64,000 nt of DNA from Vulcanimicrobiota bacterium (GTDB lineage Bacteria > Vulcanimicrobiota > Xenobia > Xenobiales > JADMJV01): positions 2,820,891 through 2,884,890 of the forward strand of contig JBFWNU010000001.1 in NCBI GenBank assembly GCA_050250895.1. Reading direction: 5' to 3'. The translations under genes and the position numbers were made by a program. The notes below the pieces were generated by a model that saw only the letters and a program-made list of their open reading frames with translations, searched no databases and had not been told where the DNA came from. Position 1 is the stretch's first letter, and each line of letters opens with the position of its first letter. Of the stretch, positions 31,701-41,006 are shown piece after piece.

Positions 31701-34034
31701 CTGGAAATCAATTGTGGGACCGAACAGGAAACGGTCTCTGATGTACCAACCCACGGGAGTGTTGGAGCCCACTCCAGCAACGTAGACCATCCTCTCGGGA
31801 TCCACCCCGGCTTCGAGCTCCTTCCAAGCATTGGCGACGGCGTTTAAACGGGTCGCCGTGATACGTTTGAATTTGCAGCCAAATTCCTGGTCTAGTTGGT
31901 CGAAGAAGCCGCTCCAACCATTGGCTGACCAGACGCCGAGGGATTGATGGGTGTCGTAAGGCAATAGCTGGATCACGCCATCAAAGGAGTGAATAACACG
32001 TAGAATCTGCTCTTTGCTATGTACGAAATCGCCGGCCGCGAGTCCGTTAATGACGGAGCCTTTGCCGGCGAACATCTGCATCGCTGCGTAGGACCCAAGA
32101 TTTGGGACTCCCAGCATGACGATGCGGCTGCCGGGTCGTGAGCAGACCTCCCGCCAGAGGTCCGGTCGTCTGACCATAAGAGCGCGTGCGACCAAACCGC
32201 CCATCGAATGACAGAGAAAGCGGATCGGTTGCTTGGAATCGACGGTCGCGAGAACCTCTTCCAATCGGATGGCAAGACGCTCGGCTTCCTCCACCGCCGT
32301 CAGGCGCCAGTCGAACGGATGGACGACGACCTGGTGTGAGGCACTCAAAAACTCGCAGAGTTTTCCGTACCAGCGGCTCATTACGCCATCGGCCCTGACT
32401 CCCACCCGTTTCCTGTCGAGAGTGAGCTCGCCAAATGCCCCTTTGACCAAATTCTGGAGTGAAACCCAGGTGGGTTTGCCGTCGACAGATAGGGTCGAGC
32501 CCATGGCACCGGGCAGGACGAAAACCACAGGCCGCTTGTTCGCTCCTGCATCTCGATGTAAGAAGAACTTGATCGGACTTGGGATCTCGTGCTGGTCTGT
32601 TTCGATTTGGCTGTATTTGGAATGGTCGCCAAGCAGTCCGCTTCGGATCGCCTCGTAGGTCGGCTCATTGTAGAAGTATCGGAGATGGTTCGCGTCCGGG
32701 CCTTGATGCAGGTAGTAGCGGGCGTAAGCTCGCCGAATGCCTCCGTACATCGCTCGAGTAGGGACCACGTAATCGTGGTCTTCGAGGTAGAAGAGATCGG
32801 CGGCCAGCAGGCCGACTTGCTGCTTCAGGCTGCCACCCTTCACATCTGCCGACACCACTGTCAAGTCGGCCGTCGTGGAGCGGTCGGGGCGATTGAGCAG
32901 GCGCACCAGGGGCGAGTCAGGCAACATGGCCGCCAGGCCGGGCAGGACATCTGGCTTGCAGCGCTCCTTTATGAGAGCGAGAACACAAGCATGAATCGCG
33001 TCCCAGGCGTTCCGTAAGGCGCTGAACACCGGGGTGGCGGGGGCTGCCCCCACGGCGGTAGCCCCCAGAGCGGCTGCCCCTAAGGCCCAGCCGGGTACAT
33101 TGAGGAGGGTGGAGAGATATCGGTCCAGTCTTCCAGAGGCCAAGGTTGTGCCCCGGCCAGGGCAGGCCACACGGACAAAGCGTTCTACTTTCGGTCGTCG
33201 CTCGGCCAGAAGCTCACGGAACCGTGAGAAATCCGGGGCTACACTCTCGAAGAGTTGCTCGTCGAGCTTGTCGATAGTAGCGGGATCAATGCAGAGGAGT
33301 TCTCCTACGAGCCCACCTCGGGAGTGGCTCAGAATGTGCAGGCGGGCCCCCACCGGAAGGCATTCTAGCAGCGAGATGGCATTGGTCAAGGGGCTTTCCG
33401 TAAGAGTTCGATGGTCAAAGCCGTAAAAGACCCCGCCATAATTGTCCTTCACCAGGTCGAGCCATGCTTTCCGGCGGGAGGGCTCTGCCAGGCCGGCGAA
33501 GGCTGCCATGGTGGACGAGGCTGTACCATGTAGCAGCAATAGGGCCGGGGCCTCGGGGCAGGAGACCTGGTTCACCCTCTGGGTCTTGAACCAGCCGTCC
33601 TCAAAGGAACGCAACTCCAGCAGTCCGGGGTTTGGTATGACTCTGTCTTCCTGAGCTCGACAGAGGGCCCGCGCCGCTGGCGCTGTGGGGCTGAGACGAA
33701 AGACTTCGAGTGCTTTGAGCAGCGCGCCGGCACCTGCTCGCGTCTGTAGACCCGAGGAGAAACGGTCCAGGCGAATGATGCCATCGTCCGCCCCGTCTCG
33801 GGTCTGTGCGCTACGAAACTGGAGCTCTTCGGCGCTGGACCATTGACGGAATCCGCCCTCATACTCCAGCATGACCACATCGGTAGGCTCGACCGGTAGT
33901 GATTGCTCTTGGCCACCGTCCCTCACCGCAATGACCTCGACGCTGTGGACGACTTCGACCAGTTCCATCGGAGGGGTTACTGATGTCCTCCCCGATTCGG
34001 CTTTCTTCCCGGGAACAACAAGTCTGGGTTCCAT
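28758..34034 (-). CDS. Large multidomain protein: two alpha/beta-hydrolase (lipase-like) domains + CHAT caspase-like protease + helical tail
   Basis: LLHGTASS/SHSRGG; VLPGAMGS/CHSMGG; CHAT dyad LHLAGHG and FINCCHLG; AAGWAVED. Start uncertain (ORF is open to 34232). Confidence 0.88.
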   Translation of the reverse strand: MEPRLVVPGKKAESGRTSVTPPMELVEVVHSVEVIAVRDGGQEQSLPVEPTDVVMLEYEGGFRQWSSAEELQFRSAQTRDGADDGIIRLDRFSSGLQTRAGAGALLKALEVFRLSPTAPAARALCRAQEDRVIPNPGLLELRSFEDGWFKTQRVNQVSCPEAPALLLLHGTASSTMAAFAGLAEPSRRKAWLDLVKDNYGGVFYGFDHRTLTESPLTNAISLLECLPVGARLHILSHSRGGLVGELLCIDPATIDKLDEQLFESVAPDFSRFRELLAERRPKVERFVRVACPGRGTTLASGRLDRYLSTLLNVPGWALGAAALGATAVGAAPATPVFSALRNAWDAIHACVLALIKERCKPDVLPGLAAMLPDSPLVRLLNRPDRSTTADLTVVSADVKGGSLKQQVGLLAADLFYLEDHDYVVPTRAMYGGIRRAYARYYLHQGPDANHLRYFYNEPTYEAIRSGLLGDHSKYSQIETDQHEIPSPIKFFLHRDAGANKRPVVFVLPGAMGSTLSVDGKPTWVSLQNLVKGAFGELTLDRKRVGVRADGVMSRWYGKLCEFLSASHQVVVHPFDWRLTAVEEAERLAIRLEEVLATVDSKQPIRFLCHSMGGLVARALMVRRPDLWREVCSRPGSRIVMLGVPNLGSYAAMQMFAGKGSVINGLAAGDFVHSKEQILRVIHSFDGVIQLLPYDTHQSLGVWSANGWSGFFDQLDQEFGCKFKRITATRLNAVANAWKELEAGVDPERMVYVAGVGSNTPVGWYIRDRFLFGPTIDFQVTAEGDGTVPWARGKLPGVPMFYAEASHGNLPSHRPAFEGYLQLLNDGWTQGRGVEPTQPPARRLRSGPELEYDDVPLTFLTQRELEAAVLGAQDVAPLDQQPDTRVRVGVTHGDLGYAAFPVALGCYHKQPIEGSERALDYKLGGHLSLERACGVYPWRLESSRRYLLPDPDGTGAFKGGILIGLGQFGALKQTQLVKTVRQAVVEFLLEGRATTVGGGLSFVAIGSMEGGIGLEGSISCILNGVLEAKQVLASAGASDDLRHIEFIELYEDRAIAAAHVARQLCQGEKLGGMFEFSGEVRTVSGRLSRASFQRGMSKWQRLQITEEETGQLRHTLLTSLARSEVMPLPYDRQLVDGMLRQASTVPQWNPDLSRALYQLLMPYRLKEVGDSEEKVILLLDEAAARFPWELLVDGGEDRDSRPVSVRSEMIRQLASSEFRDQARPTDLFTALVVGDPVSKLAELKAAQDEARAVAQTLSAGKFQVTHLPRPDGVTVGTALLSRPYRVLHLAGHGVYDNSGEKPEAGMVIGPDMLLTPATVSQLNPCPELVFINCCHLGRIERYEQRSNELAANLATAIIRAGARAVIAAGWAVEDNSAELFARTFYQEMSKGETFGRAVLHARQATWNEYSQFNSWGAYQCYGDPEYRWSSDPGYAQSRETDPYVSPREFVRDLENLSQRAEVCQLDDYSGLLKELESLRRAAKPTWLGEERGSGRPDVLLALARAYSQLIHPLFGLSEIGQAALPADSALVSAFDLFHKAKESSLITMDDLSILLRLEMLLWFRAEQSEPTPRSIQEILDDRKGMVAICPNAKAHSRIGGGAMLAMLREAGDKTSDALLEEMRAGYQAAVELARDDDYLLDYLFLARMCQAWPAAAPELVLPALEASGSTFFEHMKAARRLFMRWVCDGAPEEELGRVLAGFEASWQRGSSPFQFRSLLELLEFCIKVRRRKFSAQDPVVIRLVKLNNAVVGWIRGAAR

Positions 34035-34141
34035 GACCGACACCTCCCCGAATTGGTCGCTATTGGTTCCTGGAGAAGGCGCAGACTCCTCCGAAGTGGA
34101 CCACTGCCGAATGAACTGAGATTGTAGGCCCGCTGACCGCG

Positions 34142-35458
34142 CTAGCTCACGCTCGTGGCGACTGGCAGTTTGTGGATATTGAACGCTTTGCTCTTCAGCG
34201 TCTCGAACCCGACGTGGGCGAATAGGCGGCAAGAATGGACCGCATCGCGCCCCTCGAGCAAGGCAGAGAGCCCGGACATGACCAGTCGACCGTCTTCTTT
34301 GACGGAAAGCAGAACGCGTTCATCGATCTCGGGACCCACCTCGAGTTGCCACGGTTCGGAAAAGCGACAGGAAGCGACACTGAGGGATGGAGCGAATTCA
34401 TAGGTGTCGCCCTGGACCTTGAGGGTTGGGACAATAAGGCCATCTGGCTCTTCGCCCTCGGTCAGCAGGCACAGGCTGAAGCGCTCGCCAGCCGGCAAGA
34501 AACCGACCTTTTTGGGAAGGCTTGGCAGGGCGCGATAGTGATAGGCGAGGATGTGGCGCAGGTCCAATCCTCCGTTGCCCTCGTTGTTGGCATCAAAACG
34601 AATACGCTCCAGGTCACCGTCTTTGATCTTCAGAAGCTGATAACCCGCATCCGCTAGTTCTTGTTGCGGGGGGATCTCGGGTACGAGGTTGTAGAATCTG
34701 AAGTCGTGAGCGTGAGCGATGCCGTCGAGGGCCGTGAACACTTTCAAGGCTAGTTTGATCTGGGCAAGAGGAAGGCCCTGGACCAGTCCGGCGAGGGCCC
34801 CCAGGGCCAGATGCTCCACCTGGTCCTCGACGAAGCGAGAAAGCTCACCCTCATTCAGTTTGGCTGTGATGTCTTTGATCTTAGCCATGACATCGAGTAG
34901 CGATGCTCCTGGTTCGAGCTTCAGCCCACTCTCTGCGAGCAACTCGTCGGCGATGTTGGTATTCAGGTCCAAAGGTTCGACTCCCTCGAGCGTTTTCAGC
35001 ATCTTGCTCAGTCGCTCGAAGACGCTGGTCGATTGAGCGATGGCTGCAAGCGATTTTACGGTTCCCTCGCCTTGTCTCAAAGCCGAACCGATATCCGCGT
35101 CTTCGAGGGGAGCCAGGAAGATTGACACCGCGGGGCCCCACACTTTGGCTCGGAACCGAAACTCGTTCTTTTGAAACTTCTTCTTGAAGAAGGAGGTATT
35201 GGTCAAGAACTCGGGGCTCTTATCGTTAGGGTCGAACATGAGGCCGAACAGGACCCAATTGCGACCTCTGAACGGATCCTCAGAGCCCAGCGCCTGGGTG
35301 ACCGCTGGGCCAAAGTCTACTTCGATAAACTGGCTCGGGCGTCGCTCGATGTGTGCCATGTCAGCAAGCGGGACGGTTTTGGAACCCTGGGAAATGATCG
35401 CGCGCATGGGAAAACTGCTCGGTTTGAACATCGACTTGCCTTTCATCTGAACTGGCAT
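34142..35458 (-). CDS. Hypothetical protein, paralogue of the C-terminal part of 20471-22570
   Basis: 438-aa ORF upstream of the CHAT gene; GRNW..MFDP, FLAPLED, GEGTV, ERIRFD.NN.G..G.DLRHILAYHY. Confidence 0.8.
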   Translation of the reverse strand: MPVQMKGKSMFKPSSFPMRAIISQGSKTVPLADMAHIERRPSQFIEVDFGPAVTQALGSEDPFRGRNWVLFGLMFDPNDKSPEFLTNTSFFKKKFQKNEFRFRAKVWGPAVSIFLAPLEDADIGSALRQGEGTVKSLAAIAQSTSVFERLSKMLKTLEGVEPLDLNTNIADELLAESGLKLEPGASLLDVMAKIKDITAKLNEGELSRFVEDQVEHLALGALAGLVQGLPLAQIKLALKVFTALDGIAHAHDFRFYNLVPEIPPQQELADAGYQLLKIKDGDLERIRFDANNEGNGGLDLRHILAYHYRALPSLPKKVGFLPAGERFSLCLLTEGEEPDGLIVPTLKVQGDTYEFAPSLSVASCRFSEPWQLEVGPEIDERVLLSVKEDGRLVMSGLSALLEGRDAVHSCRLFAHVGFETLKSKAFNIHKLPVATSVS

Positions 35459-35701
35459 GGGAGAGGATTCGGAGCTCTCTCACTGCTAGCCTGTGGGCGC
35501 ACGTCAGGGACTATCCACAGAACCCCACGCCCGACCCCTTGCTCTTCGTGAGCTTCTTTTTTTTGGGGGACGACTCCTCTCGAATCCAATGGATTTGGGT
35601 ATGCGTTCACTGAGGTTAGAATGTGTCAGAAGGTGAGAAGGAGTGCGTCTTCGTCTGGCAAATCTTGAGCGCTCAGTCATCCATTTTAAGAGGGGGTTCA
35701 A

Positions 35702-37084
35702 ATGCTACAAGTCAATACGCAAGGTGCCAAAATGGTGCAGATCGCTGAAAGCCAATTGGGGCTGAAAGAAGACTCGCGAGGCGAGAACAAGGGTCCGGAG
35801 ATCAAGAAGTATTTCGAAGTGGCCGGCGTCGGAGAAGGTCTGGAATGGTGCAACTTCTTCGTCAACTGGGTTTACAAGCAGACCACCGGCAAGTTTGCTC
35901 CGTGGGGCAAAGACATGGGGTTCGTTCCCGAACTGGTGCGGTGGGCTAAGCAGAATGGTCGGTGGGTGCGTCACCACGACCCCAAAGACAAGCATTTCGC
36001 CCTAGCGGAGCCCCAGGTGGGGGACCTTCTCATCGTGGGCGACTTCCACCCGGATTTCTTGCCGAAGATGCAGCACTACAAGCACGTAGGCATCGTGGCC
36101 GAGGTCCATTCCCATAAGGTCGAGACCATCGACGGCAACGTGGGAAACATGGTGAGTCGCAACCATCGCTCTCGAGCGTTCGACGGCCACTCCGACTACA
36201 TTGCGGGCTATGTGCGACTGTTCGACTCTCTAGCGCCCATTGCCAACCCCCCCATCCAGAGCCGTCTGGTAGCGATGGCCCAGCATCGCTTGATCGTGCA
36301 TCTCGATCAACTGACTGCCGACTCCGAGTTGGTCAGCGAGATCCAGACTCGGCTCATGGAACTTGGACTGCTTAACCCTCCTGATGTCGATGGAATCATC
36401 GGTCCTCGCACCCTGGGGGCCCTGGCCAGGTTTTGTGACTTCGCCCACCTCGACAACATGGCTACCCGCAAATTCGGGCCAACCTTCGCGACCAAGCTTC
36501 TCGAGACCAGGCTCGTTCCTCAAGACTTCTCTATGGGTGTCAACCTGGTAGCGCCGGCGACCAACGAATCAAAGTTTGACACCGCTCTTCGCTTCGTGCT
36601 CAAGTGGGAGGGTGGCTTCGTCAATCATCCGGCTGACCCCGGAGGTGCCACCAACAAGGGCATCACCCAACGAACCTACGACGCCTATCGGCTACAGAAG
36701 TCCCTGCCGACCCGTTCGGTTCAGTTCCTGGCCGATGACGAGATGCGAGACATCTATTCGAATCGCTACTGGAAGCCGAGCCAGGCCGAGTTGATGGTAA
36801 CGCCTCTGGCCCTGGCGCACTTCGACAGCTGCGTCAACTTTGGCATCGGCGGGGGCACCACATTCCTGCAAGAGGCTTTAGGCCTGCCTATGGACGGCGA
36901 CCTCGGTTCCCAGACCCGCCAGGCCATGCTGGCTCGCAACAATCGTGAACTGGCCCTCGAGATCGTCGAGAAACGAATCGCGTATCGTCACGAACGAGTG
37001 CGCCGCAACCCCAGCCAGGAGGTCTTCTTGAAGGGTTGGCTCAACCGCGACAATGATCTCAGGCGCCTCATCCTGAGTTTGTAG
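35702..37084 (+). CDS. Peptidoglycan hydrolase: CHAP + PG-binding + GH108 lysozyme
   Basis: WCNFFVNW/HVGIV/IDGN (CHAP); VDGIIGPRT (PG-binding); EGGFVNHPADPGGATNKGIT and FLKGWLNR (GH108). Confidence 0.9.
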   Translation: MLQVNTQGAKMVQIAESQLGLKEDSRGENKGPEIKKYFEVAGVGEGLEWCNFFVNWVYKQTTGKFAPWGKDMGFVPELVRWAKQNGRWVRHHDPKDKHFALAEPQVGDLLIVGDFHPDFLPKMQHYKHVGIVAEVHSHKVETIDGNVGNMVSRNHRSRAFDGHSDYIAGYVRLFDSLAPIANPPIQSRLVAMAQHRLIVHLDQLTADSELVSEIQTRLMELGLLNPPDVDGIIGPRTLGALARFCDFAHLDNMATRKFGPTFATKLLETRLVPQDFSMGVNLVAPATNESKFDTALRFVLKWEGGFVNHPADPGGATNKGITQRTYDAYRLQKSLPTRSVQFLADDEMRDIYSNRYWKPSQAELMVTPLALAHFDSCVNFGIGGGTTFLQEALGLPMDGDLGSQTRQAMLARNNRELALEIVEKRIAYRHERVRRNPSQEVFLKGWLNRDNDLRRLILSL

Positions 37085-37112
37085 TCAGCTCTCAGAAAGG
37101 ATTCGATTTCCC

Positions 37113-37418
37113 ATGGCCGCAAAATGTGAATTGGTCGACCTTTATAATAAGGAGACCATCCAGAATCTCCCCGCGCCCGGAGACGGCGAGTCTTATGCTG
37201 TCTTTCGCGTCGCCGAGTTTACCGAGGCCGGAATCCATGGCTTCATCCGATTGGTCCCCGCCGTGGGCCTGTCTATGTCTCGCAGCAGCATCCCCAAGGA
37301 GAAGGCTGCGCGCATTGGCCAGTTGGCGGCCCAGGTAGTGGAGACGCTCGAAGACGGCAAGATTTCCGACTTCGAGATCTTCATGTTGATGTCTGCCATC
37401 AGGCAGTTGAACAAATAG
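37113..37418 (+). CDS. Hypothetical protein
   Basis: AAAGGA RBS; within the cluster; C-terminal EDGKISDFE. Confidence 0.6.
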   Translation: MAAKCELVDLYNKETIQNLPAPGDGESYAVFRVAEFTEAGIHGFIRLVPAVGLSMSRSSIPKEKAARIGQLAAQVVETLEDGKISDFEIFMLMSAIRQLNK

Positions 37419-37495
37419 GGCACCGAGAGTCACCGCGACGCGGTGGCTCTCGGCCTTTTCTGTCGTTTCTAGTTTGCTTAGGATTGGAGTCTCCC

Positions 37496-37684
37496 ATGGA
37501 AATCGATCGTGAACTGATCGCCAATATACAGGCGTGCGCCGAGCTAGCTCAACAGCGGGCCGGTAGCCTGATGGTCCTGGGTGCGGACCCGCCCGGCCGC
37601 GCCGAGGCAGAGGCGGCCTATCGTGCTGCTGTTGGCTATCTGAACCAGGCCCTCGAAGCACTTCAAAAGTGTTCACCAACTTAA
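37496..37684 (+). CDS. Small hypothetical helical protein
   Basis: GGAG RBS; co-oriented within the cluster. Confidence 0.5.
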   Translation: MEIDRELIANIQACAELAQQRAGSLMVLGADPPGRAEAEAAYRAAVGYLNQALEALQKCSPT

Positions 37685-37703
37685 ACACAGGGAGGTTGTA
37701 GCC

Positions 37704-38720
37704 ATGGCCGAGTTATTGGAGCTAGGCAAGGAATACCCACCCGCTGAGGAGGCCGGCCTCATCGAGAAGCTAAGGATGGCCATCCAGGGTGGAATGCAAA
37801 AGCAAACGCACTCACCAGTCACCCGGGCCCAGCACGCCAAGAGCCACGGTTGCCTGGCTGGGGAACTGAGAGTTGCAGACGACCTCCCTGCTGCATTGCG
37901 CGTAGGCATCTTCGCCAGGTCGACGATCTACCCGGTCTGGGTGCGATTTTCAAATGGAATGGGTCGCAATGAGGACGGGACCTTCCCGCCCGACGCCAGC
38001 CCAGACGTTCGAGGGGCCGCGATGAAGGTGATGCTCGGCAAGGAGTTTGCCACGGCGGAGCAGGACTTCGTCTTTATCAACAGCCCCATCTTCTTCATTC
38101 GGGACGTAGCCGGGTACCTTAGCTTCTTCCCGGTGGCCGAAGCCAAGAAGAGGGGGATCATCGTGTTGGAGAAAGACAAACCTCCGGTGATTCCTGAGGA
38201 GTGGAAGGATCGGTTCGCGGCGGTGAGCTACGCCTTCAAGATCGTCGGTGGGGTCATGGGGCAGAAGACTGGTTCGCCGCTCGAGACCAGGTATTGGACC
38301 GCCACGCCTTACCGGTTGGGCACGGCGGCCGTAAAGTATTCGCTGCGTCCCCACCTTGAGCCGCAGTCAGCGGCCCCGAACGAAAGCGACCATTACCGGG
38401 TCACGATGGCGCAGCAGTTGGCCCAGGCTCCGGCCCGTTTTGACCTGCTGGTACAGGTGCAGGTAGATGCGGAGGCCATGCCGGTTGAGGACCCGACCCA
38501 GGAATGGTCTGAAGCCGATTCGCCGTTCGTCAGGGTGGCCACTGTCGAACTCTTCGCTCAGAGCTTTGACTGTCCCGAGCGTAACCGCTTCGACGAGAGC
38601 CTATCGTTTTCGCCCTGGAACACTCTCCCTGAGCACGCGCCTCTGGGTGGAGTCAACCGGGCGCGCAGGATTTATCAAGACCTGGCCGAGCTGAGGAATG
38701 GTCGAAATGCGACGGCTTAG
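37704..38720 (+). CDS. Short catalase-related heme enzyme
   Basis: RAQHAKSHG (distal His), VRFSNG, DVRG, PVED, FSPWN, NRARRIY (proximal Tyr). Confidence 0.85.
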   Translation: MAELLELGKEYPPAEEAGLIEKLRMAIQGGMQKQTHSPVTRAQHAKSHGCLAGELRVADDLPAALRVGIFARSTIYPVWVRFSNGMGRNEDGTFPPDASPDVRGAAMKVMLGKEFATAEQDFVFINSPIFFIRDVAGYLSFFPVAEAKKRGIIVLEKDKPPVIPEEWKDRFAAVSYAFKIVGGVMGQKTGSPLETRYWTATPYRLGTAAVKYSLRPHLEPQSAAPNESDHYRVTMAQQLAQAPARFDLLVQVQVDAEAMPVEDPTQEWSEADSPFVRVATVELFAQSFDCPERNRFDESLSFSPWNTLPEHAPLGGVNRARRIYQDLAELRNGRNATA

Positions 38721-38759
38721 CGAATTGAATCTCGATATTGAAAGGAAGAGGCCGAAGAG

Positions 38760-40292
38760 ATGATCACAGCAGACGAGTTGGCGCAAGTCATGCCAAACCT
38801 GAAGGAAGCGAGGCTGAAGAAACTCCTGCCCTTCCTCCAGGAAGCCATGAAGGAGTTCAAGATCAACACCCATGGTCGGGAGGCTGCTTTCATCGCCCAG
38901 TTGGCCCATGAGTCAGGCGAGCTTCAGTTCATGGAGGAACTCGCTGATGGAAGCGATTACGAAGGGCGGGTCGATCTCGGGAATACTCACCCAGGCGACG
39001 GGCGTCGTTTCAAGGGGCGCGGACCGATCCAATTGACGGGGCGACATAACTACACTCTTTACGGCGAGAAGTTGAAGCTGAATCTAGTAGAGAACCCGGA
39101 GCAGGCTGCCAAGCCCGAGGTTGGTTTCAGGATCGCTGGACTCTACTGGTCGCTGAACGGCTTGAACCAACTCGCGGATGAAGGCGACTTTTTTCAGATT
39201 ACCCAGAGAATCAACGGTGGCCAACGCGGTCGTGAACATCGGGAGCGCTTCCACGAGCGAGCCCTCCGCGTGCTTTCCAAGGGCGACAAAGAGTTCGAGC
39301 CCGGTCCATCGTTATTCGTGAATGGGCAGCCGGTCCCGGACGCCTCCCTGAGCCGGGACGGCGCTACGTTGGTAAAGCTGCGAGCCATCGCAGAAAAAGG
39401 CTTGTTCAGGATACTGTCCACCGACAACGATGTTGCCACCATTCAACTACCGGACAAAAGCAACCACCAGGTGGCAATGGTCATCATCGACTCGAATGGT
39501 TACGTCGCGGTCCGGGACCTGCCATTTCAGATCAAGTTCGACGCGACCAACAAGTCCGTCAGCATTGGGAATGGCGAACCTCCGACAGTCTCGGTCGCAA
39601 GCGAGCTTCGAGAGGCCGTCTCGAATGGTGCTTGGAAGCTCATCTCCCCGCCTGACGCGTGGCGGAAGGCCATCGCGTTCGACGAGGCGCTCATTCCTCT
39701 GGTGGAGCAACTTGCCAGGAATTACGGGTGGGTTGCGAAGGTCGACCAGGTGCACAAGAAAGTCTACGTAGGCCCGTCGCTCAAGACCACTATCCCCCCT
39801 GAAACCAAACCAGGCGAGAAATCCAAGTTGAAAGTTGTCAAAGAGCCAAGTTCGCCCAGCGACCCCTACTTCGCGGGCGAGTTTGACAAGCGGGGTCCCC
39901 TCTACCGCATCGAGGGGCCGGAGACGCTGAAGACGCCACTAAGTGAACACTTTGTTCTGGGGGAGTTCGTTTGCAACAATCCGACTTTCAGGCAGTTCGT
40001 TAGGGTGCATGATGACCTCGTCCGGATGTTGGAGGAGATCAGAAGTGCCGTTGGCGGCGCGATCAATCTGACCAACGCTCACCGGCCGTGGCCGCACAAC
40101 GCGTCGATCGGCGGCGCCACCAAATCGGAACACATCGCCGGTACCGCTGCCGATATCTATACGGACGCGATCTCTAACAGCGAGCTTCATCGTATCTGCG
40201 ATAGGATCATAGGCAACAAGGGTGGCGTTGGCCGTTATGCCGATTTCGTTCACGTTGACGTGCGGGGATTCCATGCACGTTGGGATGGCTAA
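38760..40292 (+). CDS. GH19 lysozyme/chitinase + M15A D-Ala-D-Ala peptidase fusion
   Basis: FIAQLAHESG, FKGRGPIQLTGRHNY, TQRINGG; SEHIAGTAADI, FVHVDVRG. Confidence 0.9.
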   Translation: MITADELAQVMPNLKEARLKKLLPFLQEAMKEFKINTHGREAAFIAQLAHESGELQFMEELADGSDYEGRVDLGNTHPGDGRRFKGRGPIQLTGRHNYTLYGEKLKLNLVENPEQAAKPEVGFRIAGLYWSLNGLNQLADEGDFFQITQRINGGQRGREHRERFHERALRVLSKGDKEFEPGPSLFVNGQPVPDASLSRDGATLVKLRAIAEKGLFRILSTDNDVATIQLPDKSNHQVAMVIIDSNGYVAVRDLPFQIKFDATNKSVSIGNGEPPTVSVASELREAVSNGAWKLISPPDAWRKAIAFDEALIPLVEQLARNYGWVAKVDQVHKKVYVGPSLKTTIPPETKPGEKSKLKVVKEPSSPSDPYFAGEFDKRGPLYRIEGPETLKTPLSEHFVLGEFVCNNPTFRQFVRVHDDLVRMLEEIRSAVGGAINLTNAHRPWPHNASIGGATKSEHIAGTAADIYTDAISNSELHRICDRIIGNKGGVGRYADFVHVDVRGFHARWDG

Positions 40293-40303
40293 GGAGGATT
40301 GAT

Positions 40304-40876
40304 ATGTCGACGGTTTCTGAGCAAGCGCTAACCTGGGTGGGCAGAGATTTCAGACCGGGTGTGCCGGAGCAGTGCATGAACTTTGTGCGGCACGTTCTGA
40401 AGGAATGCGGTAGCCCCCTCGCCGGCAAGGTGACTACAAAGCCGGTGGACGGTCTGTGGACCGGACCGGAACTGGCGAGCTCGCTAGCTGGAGAGGACCT
40501 GGGTCGGATCCTGTCCGCTCGCGGCGAACTGAAGTCTGGGGATATTCTGTTCTGGAAGAATACCTATGGAGATTGGGAAGAGGGCACGATCACGCACGTC
40601 GGGATTTACGTCGGCAATGACAAGTTCGTCCATCGCCCGACACGAGCCAGACCCGTTGAGAGCGAGTCGTTGGCGGGATTCTGGTCAAGGCAGTTTCGCT
40701 GTGCTATGCGAGTGAACGATACCGCGCCGGCACCGGCGAGTATTGAACCCGGTCCCGCCGAGAAGATCGTCTTTGAGATTGTCGCTCACTCGGGCAAGCT
40801 AAAAGGACGGATGGGCAACCATCCCTGGGTGGATCTGGACTCGATCACCATTCGCGGCGACTACAAAGGTAGTTAG
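40304..40876 (+). CDS. NlpC/P60 family peptidase
   Basis: AAGGAGG RBS; QCMNFV, GDILFW, THVGIYVG, FVH. Confidence 0.85.
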   Translation: MSTVSEQALTWVGRDFRPGVPEQCMNFVRHVLKECGSPLAGKVTTKPVDGLWTGPELASSLAGEDLGRILSARGELKSGDILFWKNTYGDWEEGTITHVGIYVGNDKFVHRPTRARPVESESLAGFWSRQFRCAMRVNDTAPAPASIEPGPAEKIVFEIVAHSGKLKGRMGNHPWVDLDSITIRGDYKGS

Positions 40877-41006
40877 CCTGACCCAAGCTAGACAAGGGTT
40901 CGAACGCATTCTTGCGCCGGCTTGCGACGTGAGCCCTTCTGTTTGTGATGACGTTCGCAACGGGTTGCTTTGACGCCATCATCTACCAAAAGCGAGCGAT
41001 AGAGTT

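Noticed and set aside
34142-35458. Bacterial gasdermin next to a CHAT protease
   Set aside because: Longer than typical bacterial gasdermins, no N-terminal Cys and no recognisable similarity by eye; kept as an unknown domain.
35702-40876. Prophage lysis cassette
   Set aside because: No terminase, capsid, tail, integrase or recognisable holin/spanin in the window.
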